A DNA stretch of 50,661 nucleotides from a virus (taxonomy: Duplodnaviria; Caudoviricetes), in the IMG/VR virus record IMGVR_UViG_3300046719_000014, positions 1 through 50,661 of that record; one strand, 5' to 3'. The position numbers and the translations under genes were made by a program. How positions within the stretch are numbered: position 1 is the stretch's first letter; each line of letters opens with the position of its first letter. The notes below the pieces were generated by a model. The model made no database searches, was not told the origin of the DNA, and saw nothing but the letters and a program-made list of their open reading frames with translations. Below, in pieces: positions 10,509 through 18,671 of this stretch.

Positions 10509-10564
10509 TGCGTGACGCTTGCGCGTCATGACATCGTGACGTCGTAACTCCCTGACGCCCAAAC
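10509..10564. promoter_or_regulatory. Octamer array 1 (8-bp period)
   Basis: tgcgtgac gcttgcgc gtcatgac atcgtgac gtcgtaac tccctgac gcccaaac. Confidence 0.7.
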
Positions 10565-10659
10565 TAACCACGCCCGCCGGGCCCGTCGAGCAGCAAGTGC
10601 AGCCCCGGGCTGCGCAAACGCGCTAGGCACCGCGCCCGCTCGCGCGCTACGTCTCGCGC

Positions 10660-11004
10660 ATGACAGACCGCGGAATGGTCCGAGTGTGGTTACCCGACGA
10701 GGTCGCCGACCGCGTGCGCCTCGCCGCGACCGCTCGCGGGCAGACCGTGCAGCAGCTCGCCGTGCTGCTCGTGCTCGAGGGGCTCGAGCAGCTGCGACGG
10801 GCAGAGAAGCGCGAGCACAGCGCCACCAACCGCGCGCGCCGCGCTCGCAGCGGCGAGCACGTCAGCACCGCGCAGGGGTTCACGCTGTACGGCTACGACC
10901 CGGGCAGCACCGCCCCCGGCGAGGGGCGTCACGACGTCGAGCCGTCCGGCAGTCAAGACGTCGTGACTCTCCGTCGCGCCCGCCGGCCCCTCACCGGCCG
11001 ATAA
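10660..11004 (+). CDS. Ribbon-helix-helix (Arc/CopG-like) DNA-binding protein
   Basis: MVRVWLPDEVADRVRLAATARGQTVQQLAVLLVLEGL. Confidence 0.75.
   Translation: MTDRGMVRVWLPDEVADRVRLAATARGQTVQQLAVLLVLEGLEQLRRAEKREHSATNRARRARSGEHVSTAQGFTLYGYDPGSTAPGEGRHDVEPSGSQDVVTLRRARRPLTGR
10928..10967. promoter_or_regulatory. Octamer array 2
   Basis: gtcacgac gtcgagcc gtccggca gtcaagac gtcgtgac; just downstream of the par operon. Confidence 0.7.
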
Positions 11005-11500
11005 GCCGCCGCGCTACCTGCGAGAGCGCCCCCCGCAACTCCGCGCGATCCTTGCCGCGCGCGACCGCGCGCTCGAGCTCGGGCAAGACTTCGGGCTCGA
11101 GCCACTGCTGAGACTCGGCGTCGAGATACCCGAGCACCGCCGCCGTCACCACGCCCGAGATCTCCACGTCGGCGCCATCGAGCCGCCGCCGCAGCACGTG
11201 CTGCCGCAGAGCGTCGCCGACCTCTACGGGCAAGTAGGCTTGAATGCGGTCTATCTCGCCGCCATTCGCCCGCACGCCGCGCCCCTTGCGCGAGCCGCGG
11301 GCATTGGTGCGCGTGCGCTCGCGCTCGCGCGGCTCGAGCCCATCGCTGCCCGCGAGCGGCATCTGCCGCGCTATGTCGCGCCGCACTGCGAGGTGCTCGG
11401 CGCCTGCCGCATCCGCCGCCGGGCTCACCGCCCGCACCTCGTCAACGCGCGCCGTGGCGGGCGCTCTGCGAAGGTTGCTATTGACGGGCGGCGCGCTCAT
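10991..11500 (-). CDS. Putative centromere-binding partner of ParA (RHH, ParG/omega-like)
   Basis: Overlaps parA stop; disordered N-terminus then RIQAYLPVEVGDALRQHV..ISGVVTAAVLGYL RHH pattern. Confidence 0.65.
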   Translation of the reverse strand: MSAPPVNSNLRRAPATARVDEVRAVSPAADAAGAEHLAVRRDIARQMPLAGSDGLEPRERERTRTNARGSRKGRGVRANGGEIDRIQAYLPVEVGDALRQHVLRRRLDGADVEISGVVTAAVLGYLDAESQQWLEPEVLPELERAVARGKDRAELRGALSQVARRLIGR

Positions 11501-12225
11501 CGAGCACCCGCCGACACGGGCTGCGCCCGCTGCGTGTCGCTCGCCGACGGCAGCCGCAGCCGCGCGCCCGCGAGCGCTTCAATGTCCGCCATGAGCCGCC
11601 ACACTTCCAGCGCCGCGAGACTGCCCGGCCGACACACCGTCACACCCTGCCCGCGCGCAAACGCGTGCCCGTAGTCCGCGCGCCGCCGCAGCACCGCGTC
11701 AGCGACCGGAACGTGCAGCTGCGACCTGACATCGCTCTGCAACGCCCGCGCGCCGCGCACGCGATCGTCGAGCCGCGTGATCAGCACCATGACATCGAGC
11801 GGCTCGAGGCCGCGCTCACTGCGCGCGCGCTGCGCAGCGCGTGCAATGTCCACCGAGCTCGAGAGCTCCATCTGCTCTGTAACCTCGTGCGATACGGGTA
11901 TGAGCGCGAGGTCTGCTTGGCTCAGCACCTCGGCTTGCGTCTCGTTCATCCTCGGCGGAGTGTCGACCACGATCGCGTCATATTGCCGCCGGGCCTCACG
12001 CAGCTCGCGCTGCAGCTGCACCACGCGCAGCCAGTGCTGCCCGTCGGGCCGCTCGCGCTTCTGCTCGCGCCCAATCTCGATCCATTGGCTCGCCGACCCT
12101 TGGGGGTCAGCGTCCACGAGTAGGGTATTTACCCCCCGTCGCTGCAGCTCGGCAGCCACGCTCACCGACAAGGTCGTCTTGCCCGACCCGCCTTTTTGCC
12201 CACAAAACGCAATGACGTACGACAT
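11497..12225 (-). CDS. parA: ParA/Soj-family partition ATPase, short type Ib-like
   Basis: Deviant Walker A QKGGSGKTT, LLVDADPQGS, IVVDTPP; no N-terminal HTH. Confidence 0.95.
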   Translation of the reverse strand: MSYVIAFCGQKGGSGKTTLSVSVAAELQRRGVNTLLVDADPQGSASQWIEIGREQKRERPDGQHWLRVVQLQRELREARRQYDAIVVDTPPRMNETQAEVLSQADLALIPVSHEVTEQMELSSSVDIARAAQRARSERGLEPLDVMVLITRLDDRVRGARALQSDVRSQLHVPVADAVLRRRADYGHAFARGQGVTVCRPGSLAALEVWRLMADIEALAGARLRLPSASDTQRAQPVSAGAR

Positions 12226-12232
12226 ACCCCGC

Positions 12233-12261
12233 AGTGAACGCTCGAGCGTTCACTCTGTCAA
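12233..12261 (-). promoter_or_regulatory. parA promoter with 22-bp perfect palindrome
   Basis: TTGACA on the minus strand (12261-12256); agtgaacgctcgagcgttcact at 12233-12254. Confidence 0.7.
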
Positions 12262-12330
12262 GTTACGACGTCAGAGCGGCCAGACGTCACGACGTCGCGG
12301 TGTGGAGTCAGACAGTCACGACGTCATGAC
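12262..12330. promoter_or_regulatory. Octamer array 3 (two phased blocks) upstream of parA
   Basis: gttacgac gtcagagc ggccagac gtcacgac gtcgcggt / gtcagaca gtcacgac gtcatgac. Confidence 0.8.
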
Positions 12331-12481
12331 TGCAAGCCCGTTGCGCGTCAGCAGCGACATATGTGCGCACCAAAAGCGTTGCGGCGCATCGCGCTCGCGG
12401 TTAGCGTGCTCGTCGATGTGCGCCGCAAGCGCACGAAAGGCCGGTCAGCGTTGCAACCGCCGACCGGCCTACAGAGCCCCT

Positions 12482-12628
12482 ATGGAAAAGGCATCGCACG
12501 TGGAACGTACCATAAAAACGCTCAGAATCGCACTCGTCACCGCGCTACTCGCTGCGCATGCTTGGCTCGAGGACGCCTCGCCCGAGTATGACTGCGACCT
12601 CGTCGCGGATTGCGCACCGCCGCAGTAG
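12482..12628 (+). CDS. Small protein (48 aa) with one hydrophobic segment
   Basis: MEKASHVERTIKTLRIALVTALLAAHAWLEDASPEYDCDLVADCAPPQ, behind two long hairpins. Confidence 0.4.
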   Translation: MEKASHVERTIKTLRIALVTALLAAHAWLEDASPEYDCDLVADCAPPQ

Positions 12629-12714
12629 GATCGCGCTCGAGCCGACTGCCCGCCGCGCCAAGCCACCCCCACCCGGCAGCGCGGCGGGCGCACGCTCCTG
12701 CGCCGTGCTCGCCC

Positions 12715-13074
12715 ATGACCACGCCCCGCAGCCGACCCCGCAAACCCAAGCCCGAGCCCACGATCACCGACGCCGAGCGAGCCCGCCGCCTCGCCGCTCG
12801 CGGTCTGTCGCGCCGCGCCATCGAGCGCAAGCTGCAGCTCAGCCGTCAGGCTGTCACCGCTGCACTGCAGCGCTCGAGCACGCGAGGCCGCCCGCTCGGC
12901 GACAAACACACGCGGCTGCACGTGCTCACCGACGAGGCGACCGTTGCATGGCTGCGCGCGCTCGCCCGCGAGCTCGGCGTCTCCGTCGGCGAGGCGCTGC
13001 GCCGTCTGCGCGTCGCTATGACCGCGCACGAGCACGAGCCCGCAAATGGATCCGCAGCTGACGGCGGCGGCTGA
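12715..13074 (+). CDS. HTH + RHH double-domain DNA-binding protein
   Basis: GLSRRAIERKLQLSRQAVTAAL..RGRP..TRLHVLTDEATVAWLRALARELGVSVGEALRRL. Confidence 0.7.
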   Translation: MTTPRSRPRKPKPEPTITDAERARRLAARGLSRRAIERKLQLSRQAVTAALQRSSTRGRPLGDKHTRLHVLTDEATVAWLRALARELGVSVGEALRRLRVAMTAHEHEPANGSAADGGG

Positions 13075-13132
13075 TTTTGCCTGTACATTAAAGACTTGAC
13101 GCGGCAGACCCTGCGAAACAAGCTGCTTGCGC

Positions 13133-13762
13133 ATGTCTGACAACACCCCAAACCGCACGCCACGCTCTGTCGCAATCCGCCGCATTCTTGACCGCGGCGG
13201 CAGCCGCCCGCTCGCGGGCAAGCTCACCGGCGCGAGCCGTCAGGCCGTCGCAGACGCCGCCAAGCATCGCCGCCCGCGCGGGCGTCCACCCGTCGCGCTG
13301 CCACGCGATCGGCTCACCGTCTACGTGCGCCAGGTTACCGCGCTGCGCCTGTCCGAGGCCGCGCACGAGCTCGAGCAGACCGTCGGCGAGGTCATCGACA
13401 CGCTCAGCGAGACGCTGCGCAAGCGCGAGCCGTGGGCCCCCTGCAGGCTGTGCGGCGTGCAGATGTTTATCGGGCTCCCCGCAGACGTGCCGCTCGAGCT
13501 CGAGCGCATCCTGCAGCACATGGTCACTCAAGACACCGCCGACCGCCGCCCCGCCGACTACCAATCGAGCGCCGCGATCGGCGCTCGCATCGGGCTCGCT
13601 CACCTGTTCGACCGCATGGCGGGCCACTGCATGACGTGCGGCCCATGGACAAACCTCATGCGCGCCGAGTGGACCGCGCAGCCCGCCGCCGACCGCGTGA
13701 CGTCAGACAGTCAAGACATCACGACGTCGCAACTCTCTGACGTCGGAATGGCCCGGCCATGA
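13133..13762 (+). CDS. HTH + RHH + putative Zn-binding protein; paralog of upstream gene
   Basis: SRQAVADAA..RGRPP..RLTVYVRQVTALRLSEAAHELEQTVGEVI; CRLC and CMTC; TTGACG-N17-CAAGCT upstream. Confidence 0.7.
   Translation: MSDNTPNRTPRSVAIRRILDRGGSRPLAGKLTGASRQAVADAAKHRRPRGRPPVALPRDRLTVYVRQVTALRLSEAAHELEQTVGEVIDTLSETLRKREPWAPCRLCGVQMFIGLPADVPLELERILQHMVTQDTADRRPADYQSSAAIGARIGLAHLFDRMAGHCMTCGPWTNLMRAEWTAQPAADRVTSDSQDITTSQLSDVGMARP
13694..13749. promoter_or_regulatory. Octamer array 4
   Basis: cgcgtgac gtcagaca gtcaagac atcacgac gtcgcaac tctctgac gtcggaat. Confidence 0.8.
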
Positions 13763-14010
13763 GCGGGTTTTATGCGGCCATCGGCTCGCTCGGCTCGCTC
13801 CCCGGGCGCGATCGGGTGCTCGGCGTCGGGCGCAGCGAGGCCATCGCGCTCGAGGACGCCCGTCAAGGCGGGCTCGCTGAGCCCGGCACACCCCGCCAGG
13901 TCTACGCGCTCGTCGAGCTCACGCCGACCCAATACCGCCGCGTGCTGTGCGGCGAGCTCGACGCCGTCGAGCTCGGGCTTGCGCCGCCCGCCAACCATCA
14001 ACACCGCTGA
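13759..14010 (+). CDS. Hypothetical protein
   Basis: ATGA overlap, typical codon usage. Confidence 0.55.
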   Translation: MSGFYAAIGSLGSLPGRDRVLGVGRSEAIALEDARQGGLAEPGTPRQVYALVELTPTQYRRVLCGELDAVELGLAPPANHQHR

Positions 14011-14083
14011 CGCCGCTACCGCAAACGCGTCTACTTTTGGCACGATACGGCCTCTTTCGAGGTCAAAAAAGAGGAACTGTCCC

Positions 14084-14674
14084 ATGACTACACACCACCG
14101 CAGCCCGCTCGAGCAGATACGAGACCTGCTACCCGACGACGTGCGGGCAGAGATTATCGCGGGCGAGCTCATCGTGTACCCGCCGCAGACCGCGAGACAC
14201 AACCGCGTCGCGTCTCGCCTCATGCGCGAGCTCGACGATACGCTAGGCGATGGCAAGGGCAGCACGCGCCGCCGCTGGCTCTTTCTCGCGGGCTCGGGCG
14301 TCTACTTCCCCGACCACATGCGCGACCCCGACGCCGCAGAGCGCGAGTATGTGATCCCCGACGTCGTCGGGTGGCGCATCCCCAACGCCCCCACTGACCT
14401 CGACCGCGGCATCTTCGACGAGCGCCCCGACTGGGTGTGCGAAGTGCTCAGCAGCAAGCCCAAGCGCGACAGTGAGAGCAAGCGCGAGATATACCAACGC
14501 ATGGGCGTGCCGCACTATTGGATAGTTCACCCGCGCGAGCGCTGGATCGATGCATGCCAGCTGCCCAGCACGCAGCTCTACCAATGCCGCCGGCACGCCT
14601 ACGCGACCACGATCGCGCTCGAGCCGTTCGATCTCGAGCTCGACCTGCGCCGCATCTTCGACGTCGAGCTGTAA
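14084..14674 (+). CDS. Uma2-family PD-(D/E)XK endonuclease-like protein
   Basis: EIIAGEL..P..H, IPDVVGWR, PDWVCEVLS, KREIYQRMGVPHYWIVHP; GAGG RBS. Confidence 0.92.
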   Translation: MTTHHRSPLEQIRDLLPDDVRAEIIAGELIVYPPQTARHNRVASRLMRELDDTLGDGKGSTRRRWLFLAGSGVYFPDHMRDPDAAEREYVIPDVVGWRIPNAPTDLDRGIFDERPDWVCEVLSSKPKRDSESKREIYQRMGVPHYWIVHPRERWIDACQLPSTQLYQCRRHAYATTIALEPFDLELDLRRIFDVEL

Positions 14675-14690
14675 GCTCGAGGGCCACAGC

Positions 14691-15206
14691 ATGACCATCG
14701 CCGCCCGCCCGCCCGACCTAGAACGCATATGGCCCGGCTATCGCGTCGACGCCCCCGGCATCGCGCTCACCATGCCCGAGCACGCGCGGCGCATGTGGCG
14801 TTGGCCTATGCTCGACGCCCCGCCCGCACCCATGCTCGGCGCGTGGCTCATCGAATGCGATCGGCTGCATGGCGCGTGGTCGTTTTGGTTCTTGAGCTTG
14901 GTTCACCTGCGACCCACGCAGGGCTACCCGCCCGCTGTCGGCGCGAGCGACGCGCACGAGCTGCTCGTGTGGGCCGTCGACCCCGAGACGCCGCCCACCG
15001 TCGACCACAAGCTTTGCAACGGGTTCAGGCTGCTACAGCCCCCGATGGTCTTTCGCTTCAACCGTTTCGGCGCCGACGACGTGCGCGCGCTCGAGCGGCT
15101 CGAGCTGCTCGTCGCTGCGTGCGTCAACGGCAAGCTCACGCCCGACGACGACGACCGCGCCCGATGGCGAGCACTGCTGCAGCTCGAGCGCACGCCCGAG
15201 CTCTAG
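14691..15206 (+). CDS. Hypothetical phage protein (Trp-rich)
   Basis: RBS GAGG; LSLVHLRP..HELLVWAVDP. Confidence 0.65.
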   Translation: MTIAARPPDLERIWPGYRVDAPGIALTMPEHARRMWRWPMLDAPPAPMLGAWLIECDRLHGAWSFWFLSLVHLRPTQGYPPAVGASDAHELLVWAVDPETPPTVDHKLCNGFRLLQPPMVFRFNRFGADDVRALERLELLVAACVNGKLTPDDDDRARWRALLQLERTPEL

Positions 15207-15270
15207 CCGCTCGCGGCGTGCTGCGCCTACCGCGGGTTACGCGCCTCGCGAGCAGCCGCCGGGCGGCTAC

Positions 15271-15600
15271 TCACTGCGGTGCGTCCAGTTGCGGAGACTC
15301 CCATTCACCATAACGGCCCACCCACCCGCCGACGAGCGGCGGCGACCACCGCACCTCGACCAGCAAAACGCCGACCCCGTCGACCTCAAGCAGCGGCAAC
15401 GCTGGCAAGAGGTCCGCAGGCCACGCCCACAAGCCCGTCGGCCGACCGCGACGCCCGTAGCAGGCAAACACGTCTACGCGCTCGCTGTCAGCGCTGCGCA
15501 GCCAGTCACGCACCCACCCGCCGCCGTGCATCGACGCGCGCCGATCGCGGTTCCACTGCCGCCGAGCTCGCGTGCGCTTGCGGCGTGTCACCCGCCCCAT
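15271..15600 (-). CDS. Hypothetical protein
   Basis: Coupled to the upstream minus-strand gene. Confidence 0.5.
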   Translation of the reverse strand: MGRVTRRKRTRARRQWNRDRRASMHGGGWVRDWLRSADSERVDVFACYGRRGRPTGLWAWPADLLPALPLLEVDGVGVLLVEVRWSPPLVGGWVGRYGEWESPQLDAPQ

Positions 15601-15899
15601 CAGCCGCCGCCGCCGGGCTCGACCTCGCGGATATCAATCTTGCTGACGGGCGCATCGAGCGTGCCCGCAAACAGCTGCAGCACGCCGTCGAGCACCTCGC
15701 ACAGCTTCTCGCGCTCGCCCATGGTCTGCCACTTGGCCGACAGCGAGCACGCGCCCCGGGCCTCGCGCTCGTAGACCACGAGCGCCACCGCATAGCGCTC
15801 GAGCAGCGGGCCGCAATGCTTCTCGATCGTCGCGAGCAGCCCGTCGCCAAAGTCGGCGCATTCCTGCGAGCGTCGCTGCATGTCCCGCATGTCTGCCAT
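15600..15899 (-). CDS. Hypothetical protein
   Basis: Typical codon usage; start uncertain. Confidence 0.55.
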   Translation of the reverse strand: MADMRDMQRRSQECADFGDGLLATIEKHCGPLLERYAVALVVYEREARGACSLSAKWQTMGEREKLCEVLDGVLQLFAGTLDAPVSKIDIREVEPGGGG

Positions 15900-15978
15900 C
15901 GGCGGCGCCCAGCATGCCCGAGCTCGTCGGGCCCGTAAAGCGCCTCTCGCGCGCGCGAGGGGGCCCATACACGTCAGA

Positions 15979-16034
15979 GTCCAGGAGTCACACAGTCACG
16001 ACGTCGCAACTGTTAGACGTCTTAGAGTCTAAGA
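15979..16034. promoter_or_regulatory. Octamer array 5, abutting the dif-like site
   Basis: gtccagga gtcacaca gtcacgac gtcgcaac tgttagac gtcttaga gtctaaga. Confidence 0.8.
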
Positions 16035-16037
16035 GCA

Positions 16038-16065
16038 ACGCCCGATAAGGATGTTTATGTCGACT
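16038..16065 (+). other. dif-like XerC/XerD recombination site (11-6-11)
   Basis: ACGCCCGATAA-GGATGT-TTATGTCGACT; right arm matches the E. coli dif XerD arm TTATGTTAAAT at 8/11; inner ATAA-N6-TTAT inverted core intact. Confidence 0.75.
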
Positions 16066-16218
16066 TCGCGAGGGCGTCTGCGCGCTTGGGCTCGGGTGCC
16101 GCAAGCACAACCTCACCCACACGCGGCGTGCACGCGCGCCGCCGCCAGTGCTCGCGCAGTGCATTTTTGCAAACGTCGCAGAACTCCCACGGCATCAAAC
16201 CTTCTTCGATATCGACGC

Positions 16219-16563
16219 TCACTCCTGCACGCGCTTCGCCATGCCCGCCGCAACGATATCCGCGAGCTCGGCAGCGTAGGGCTTCATAATCGCCGCAAAG
16301 CGCGTCGCTTCGATTATCGCCTCGACGTCGCCACGCTCGACCCCCTCGCGCAGCTCGGTTGACCGCTTGTGCAACGCTTCGAGCTGCCTGACCAGCCATT
16401 CGCGCGTCGCGCGCACGTCGAGCGGGTTGCCGTGCTCGTCGACTTCGGGCGGCTCGTCCGACTCGGCAAAACCGAGAACGTGCTCGCCGTTGCGTGTTGG
16501 CTCGGGCTGCCCGACAACGAGCACGCGGTCACCCGGGGTTAGTGTTGGCGGTTTGGCTGTCAT
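16219..16563 (-). CDS. Hypothetical protein
   Basis: AGAGGA RBS; helical C-terminus. Confidence 0.6.
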   Translation of the reverse strand: MTAKPPTLTPGDRVLVVGQPEPTRNGEHVLGFAESDEPPEVDEHGNPLDVRATREWLVRQLEALHKRSTELREGVERGDVEAIIEATRFAAIMKPYAAELADIVAAGMAKRVQE

Positions 16564-16854
16564 GGTTTGCAATCCTCTACTCGCGCGTCTGCTCCGGCCG
16601 TTGTACGGTTACCACGTGCCGAACGTCATGGCCGAATGGTTCGAGCTGTCGCACAGCCGCTTCGCAGGCGTGTACGTCGACCTTCATAACATCGCGCGGT
16701 GGATCGTGGTGCAAACCGTGGACGGCGCGACGCAGCGCGCCCATGGCACATTCTCGTCAGAGACCGGCGCATGCATCGTAGACGCGGGCAACGTCCCGCC
16801 CCACGACCTCGCGCGCATCGCAGACGCTCATTCGCCGCGACTGACGAAGAGGCG

Positions 16855-17142
16855 CTAATCATGGTCCCATTGCTTGGCGTAGTTCATCGCACGCGTGATT
16901 GCAGCGCGCGCCGAGCGTAGACTGCGACTGTGCGCGGCGCACGACCGCAGCACCATGCACGGCTGCACGAGCTCGAGCACGCTGACCATGAGCGCCGTAT
17001 AGGCGCCGCTGCATTGGCCCGATATCGGCTCGACCAGCTCGCCCGACTCCTGCAGCGCCTGCTCGAGAAAGCAGTGCAGGCAGACCGTCACGAACCCCTC
17101 GCGCTTGCCCGTGCTGCCGCTGCCGCCGCTCAGAGCTGCCAT
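16855..17142 (-). CDS. Hypothetical protein (CxxC)
   Basis: Adjacent to the upstream minus-strand gene; VCLHC. Confidence 0.5.
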   Translation of the reverse strand: MAALSGGSGSTGKREGFVTVCLHCFLEQALQESGELVEPISGQCSGAYTALMVSVLELVQPCMVLRSCAAHSRSLRSARAAITRAMNYAKQWDHD

Positions 17143-17143
17143 G

Positions 17144-17608
17144 CTACCCCGCGATCACGGCGCGCACCGCCGCATCTTTGCTCTCCAAGAGCTTGCGCAG
17201 CGCGACCGTCAGCTCTGGATTGTGCGGGCAGTGCAGCACGAGCCACGACGCCAGCTCGCCGAACGGCTGGCTCACCTCGCGCAGATGCGCGGGCAGATGC
17301 TCGTAATGGAAAAACTGCATCACGTGCCCGATTGGCTGAGGTAGCGACCGCTCGGGCTTGGCAGCTGTCAGCGGCGGCAAGGGCTCAAATGCTGGTTTGA
17401 AGGGCAGCTGCTCATACTTGTGCGGGCTCGCTGCAACCGTTGGATTATCGTCCCCGATTGGCTGCGGTAGCGACCGCTCTGGCTTGGCAGCCGTCGGCGG
17501 CGGCACGTGCTCGACGCGCGCTGCGTCGGCGGCGTCACCGACGAGCGGATCACCCGTCACCCAATGCTTGTAGGGGCTCGCTGCAACCGTTGGCTTATCG
17601 TCGCTCAT
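17144..17608 (-). CDS. Small helical-hairpin phage domain with duplicated N-terminal extension; possible Acb2/Tad1-like fold
   Basis: MQFFHYEHLPAHLREVSQPFGELA..CPHNPELTVALRKLLESKDAAVRA; two DDxPTVAASP..AKPERSLPQPIG units. Confidence 0.65.
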   Translation of the reverse strand: MSDDKPTVAASPYKHWVTGDPLVGDAADAARVEHVPPPTAAKPERSLPQPIGDDNPTVAASPHKYEQLPFKPAFEPLPPLTAAKPERSLPQPIGHVMQFFHYEHLPAHLREVSQPFGELASWLVLHCPHNPELTVALRKLLESKDAAVRAVIAG

Positions 17609-17660
17609 GGGGGCCTCGTGCGTTTGGCAACGTGTTAGCGGCGCTTACACGTTGGCGTTG

Positions 17661-18074
17661 TCATATCTGCCCGCGAATGCGGAAGTCCGGCACCACCTCG
17701 CCATCGATGCAGGCCCACAAGTGCAGCACGTTCGGATACACGTCTACGTAGTTCGCAGCCGTCGGCAGCACCTGCAGTGCTGTCAATTCAGGTAGGAACG
17801 TCTGCTTGACGAGCTTGAGATCGTACCAATCCGGCACCCTGTCGCGACGCGACGCCGACACATGCAGCCACCGCCGGCCGTCCGCCTCGACGCGACCCGT
17901 GCAGATGACGAGCATGCTCACCATGCGCCGCGCCGCTATCTGCCGATACACCCACGGGCCAAAGTCGCGATCGGGCTCGCGCACAAACGCCACCGGCGCA
18001 TCGGGGAAACGACCATAGACCCAACTAGGGATCTCCACCGTGAGGGGCTCAAGCCCCCGCTGCTCGCTCGTCAT
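17661..18074 (-). CDS. Conserved phage protein with WxHVS / P.W / YV..HLW motifs (function unknown)
   Basis: RWLHVSASRRDRVPDWYDLKLVKQTF..QVLP..YVDVYPNVLHLW. Confidence 0.75.
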   Translation of the reverse strand: MTSEQRGLEPLTVEIPSWVYGRFPDAPVAFVREPDRDFGPWVYRQIAARRMVSMLVICTGRVEADGRRWLHVSASRRDRVPDWYDLKLVKQTFLPELTALQVLPTAANYVDVYPNVLHLWACIDGEVVPDFRIRGQI

Positions 18075-18107
18075 GCCGCCCAACCTCGCGCACGAGCTCG
18101 AGCGGCG

Positions 18108-18434
18108 TCAAGCATCGCGATACCGTAGACCGCTCCAAAACGCGTCTCGCTCGAGCTCTGCCCAACGCTCAGTCAGCGACCGCGCCTGCAGCCACAGCGC
18201 ACCCGCGACACGCTGCAGCTCTGCATCATCGCAGGGCGCAACCTCGCCGAGCGCCCACGCGCCGTCACCGCTCGGCTCGCCGATGCTCAGCGCCCAGTCG
18301 CCATCATCGCGCACCCGCAGCCAGACCGCGATTGACTGCGTGGGCCCGAGCCCCCCGCGCACGCCGTCGAGCGCCTCGACAAAACCGCTGCTTTGCGCCT
18401 CGTGCATGCCCGTAGTTCCTGACGTTGTGTCCAC
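18108..18434 (-). CDS. Hypothetical protein
   Basis: AGGAGG upstream of a GTG start. Confidence 0.55.
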   Translation of the reverse strand: MDTTSGTTGMHEAQSSGFVEALDGVRGGLGPTQSIAVWLRVRDDGDWALSIGEPSGDGAWALGEVAPCDDAELQRVAGALWLQARSLTERWAELERDAFWSGLRYRDA

Positions 18435-18573
18435 CGTGCGACCTCCTATGCCCGGCGCCCGCAGACGCGCAGACGCAGCTCGCCGATCGCGAGCCCGCGT
18501 GCCCCAACGCTACCACCGCGACCCCGCGCAGAGCAAACGCTTTTAGAGCTCGTGAAAACCGTTTCGCTTTGGA

Positions 18574-18629
18574 GTCCAAGAGTCACACAGACGTGACGTC
18601 ACGCAGTCACGACCACGAGACGTCACGCA
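18574..18629. promoter_or_regulatory. Octamer array 6, between divergent genes
   Basis: gtccaaga gtcacaca gacgtgac gtcacgca gtcacgac cacgagac gtcacgca. Confidence 0.8.
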
Positions 18630-18671
18630 ACCCCTACCCCGACGCCCGCCATCTGCCGTAGTGTGGCGCTC

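Noticed and set aside
16575-16858. Gene between 16563 and 16855
   Set aside because: No frame is convincing. The plus-strand ORF opposes the local minus-strand operon and the minus-strand frames are short.
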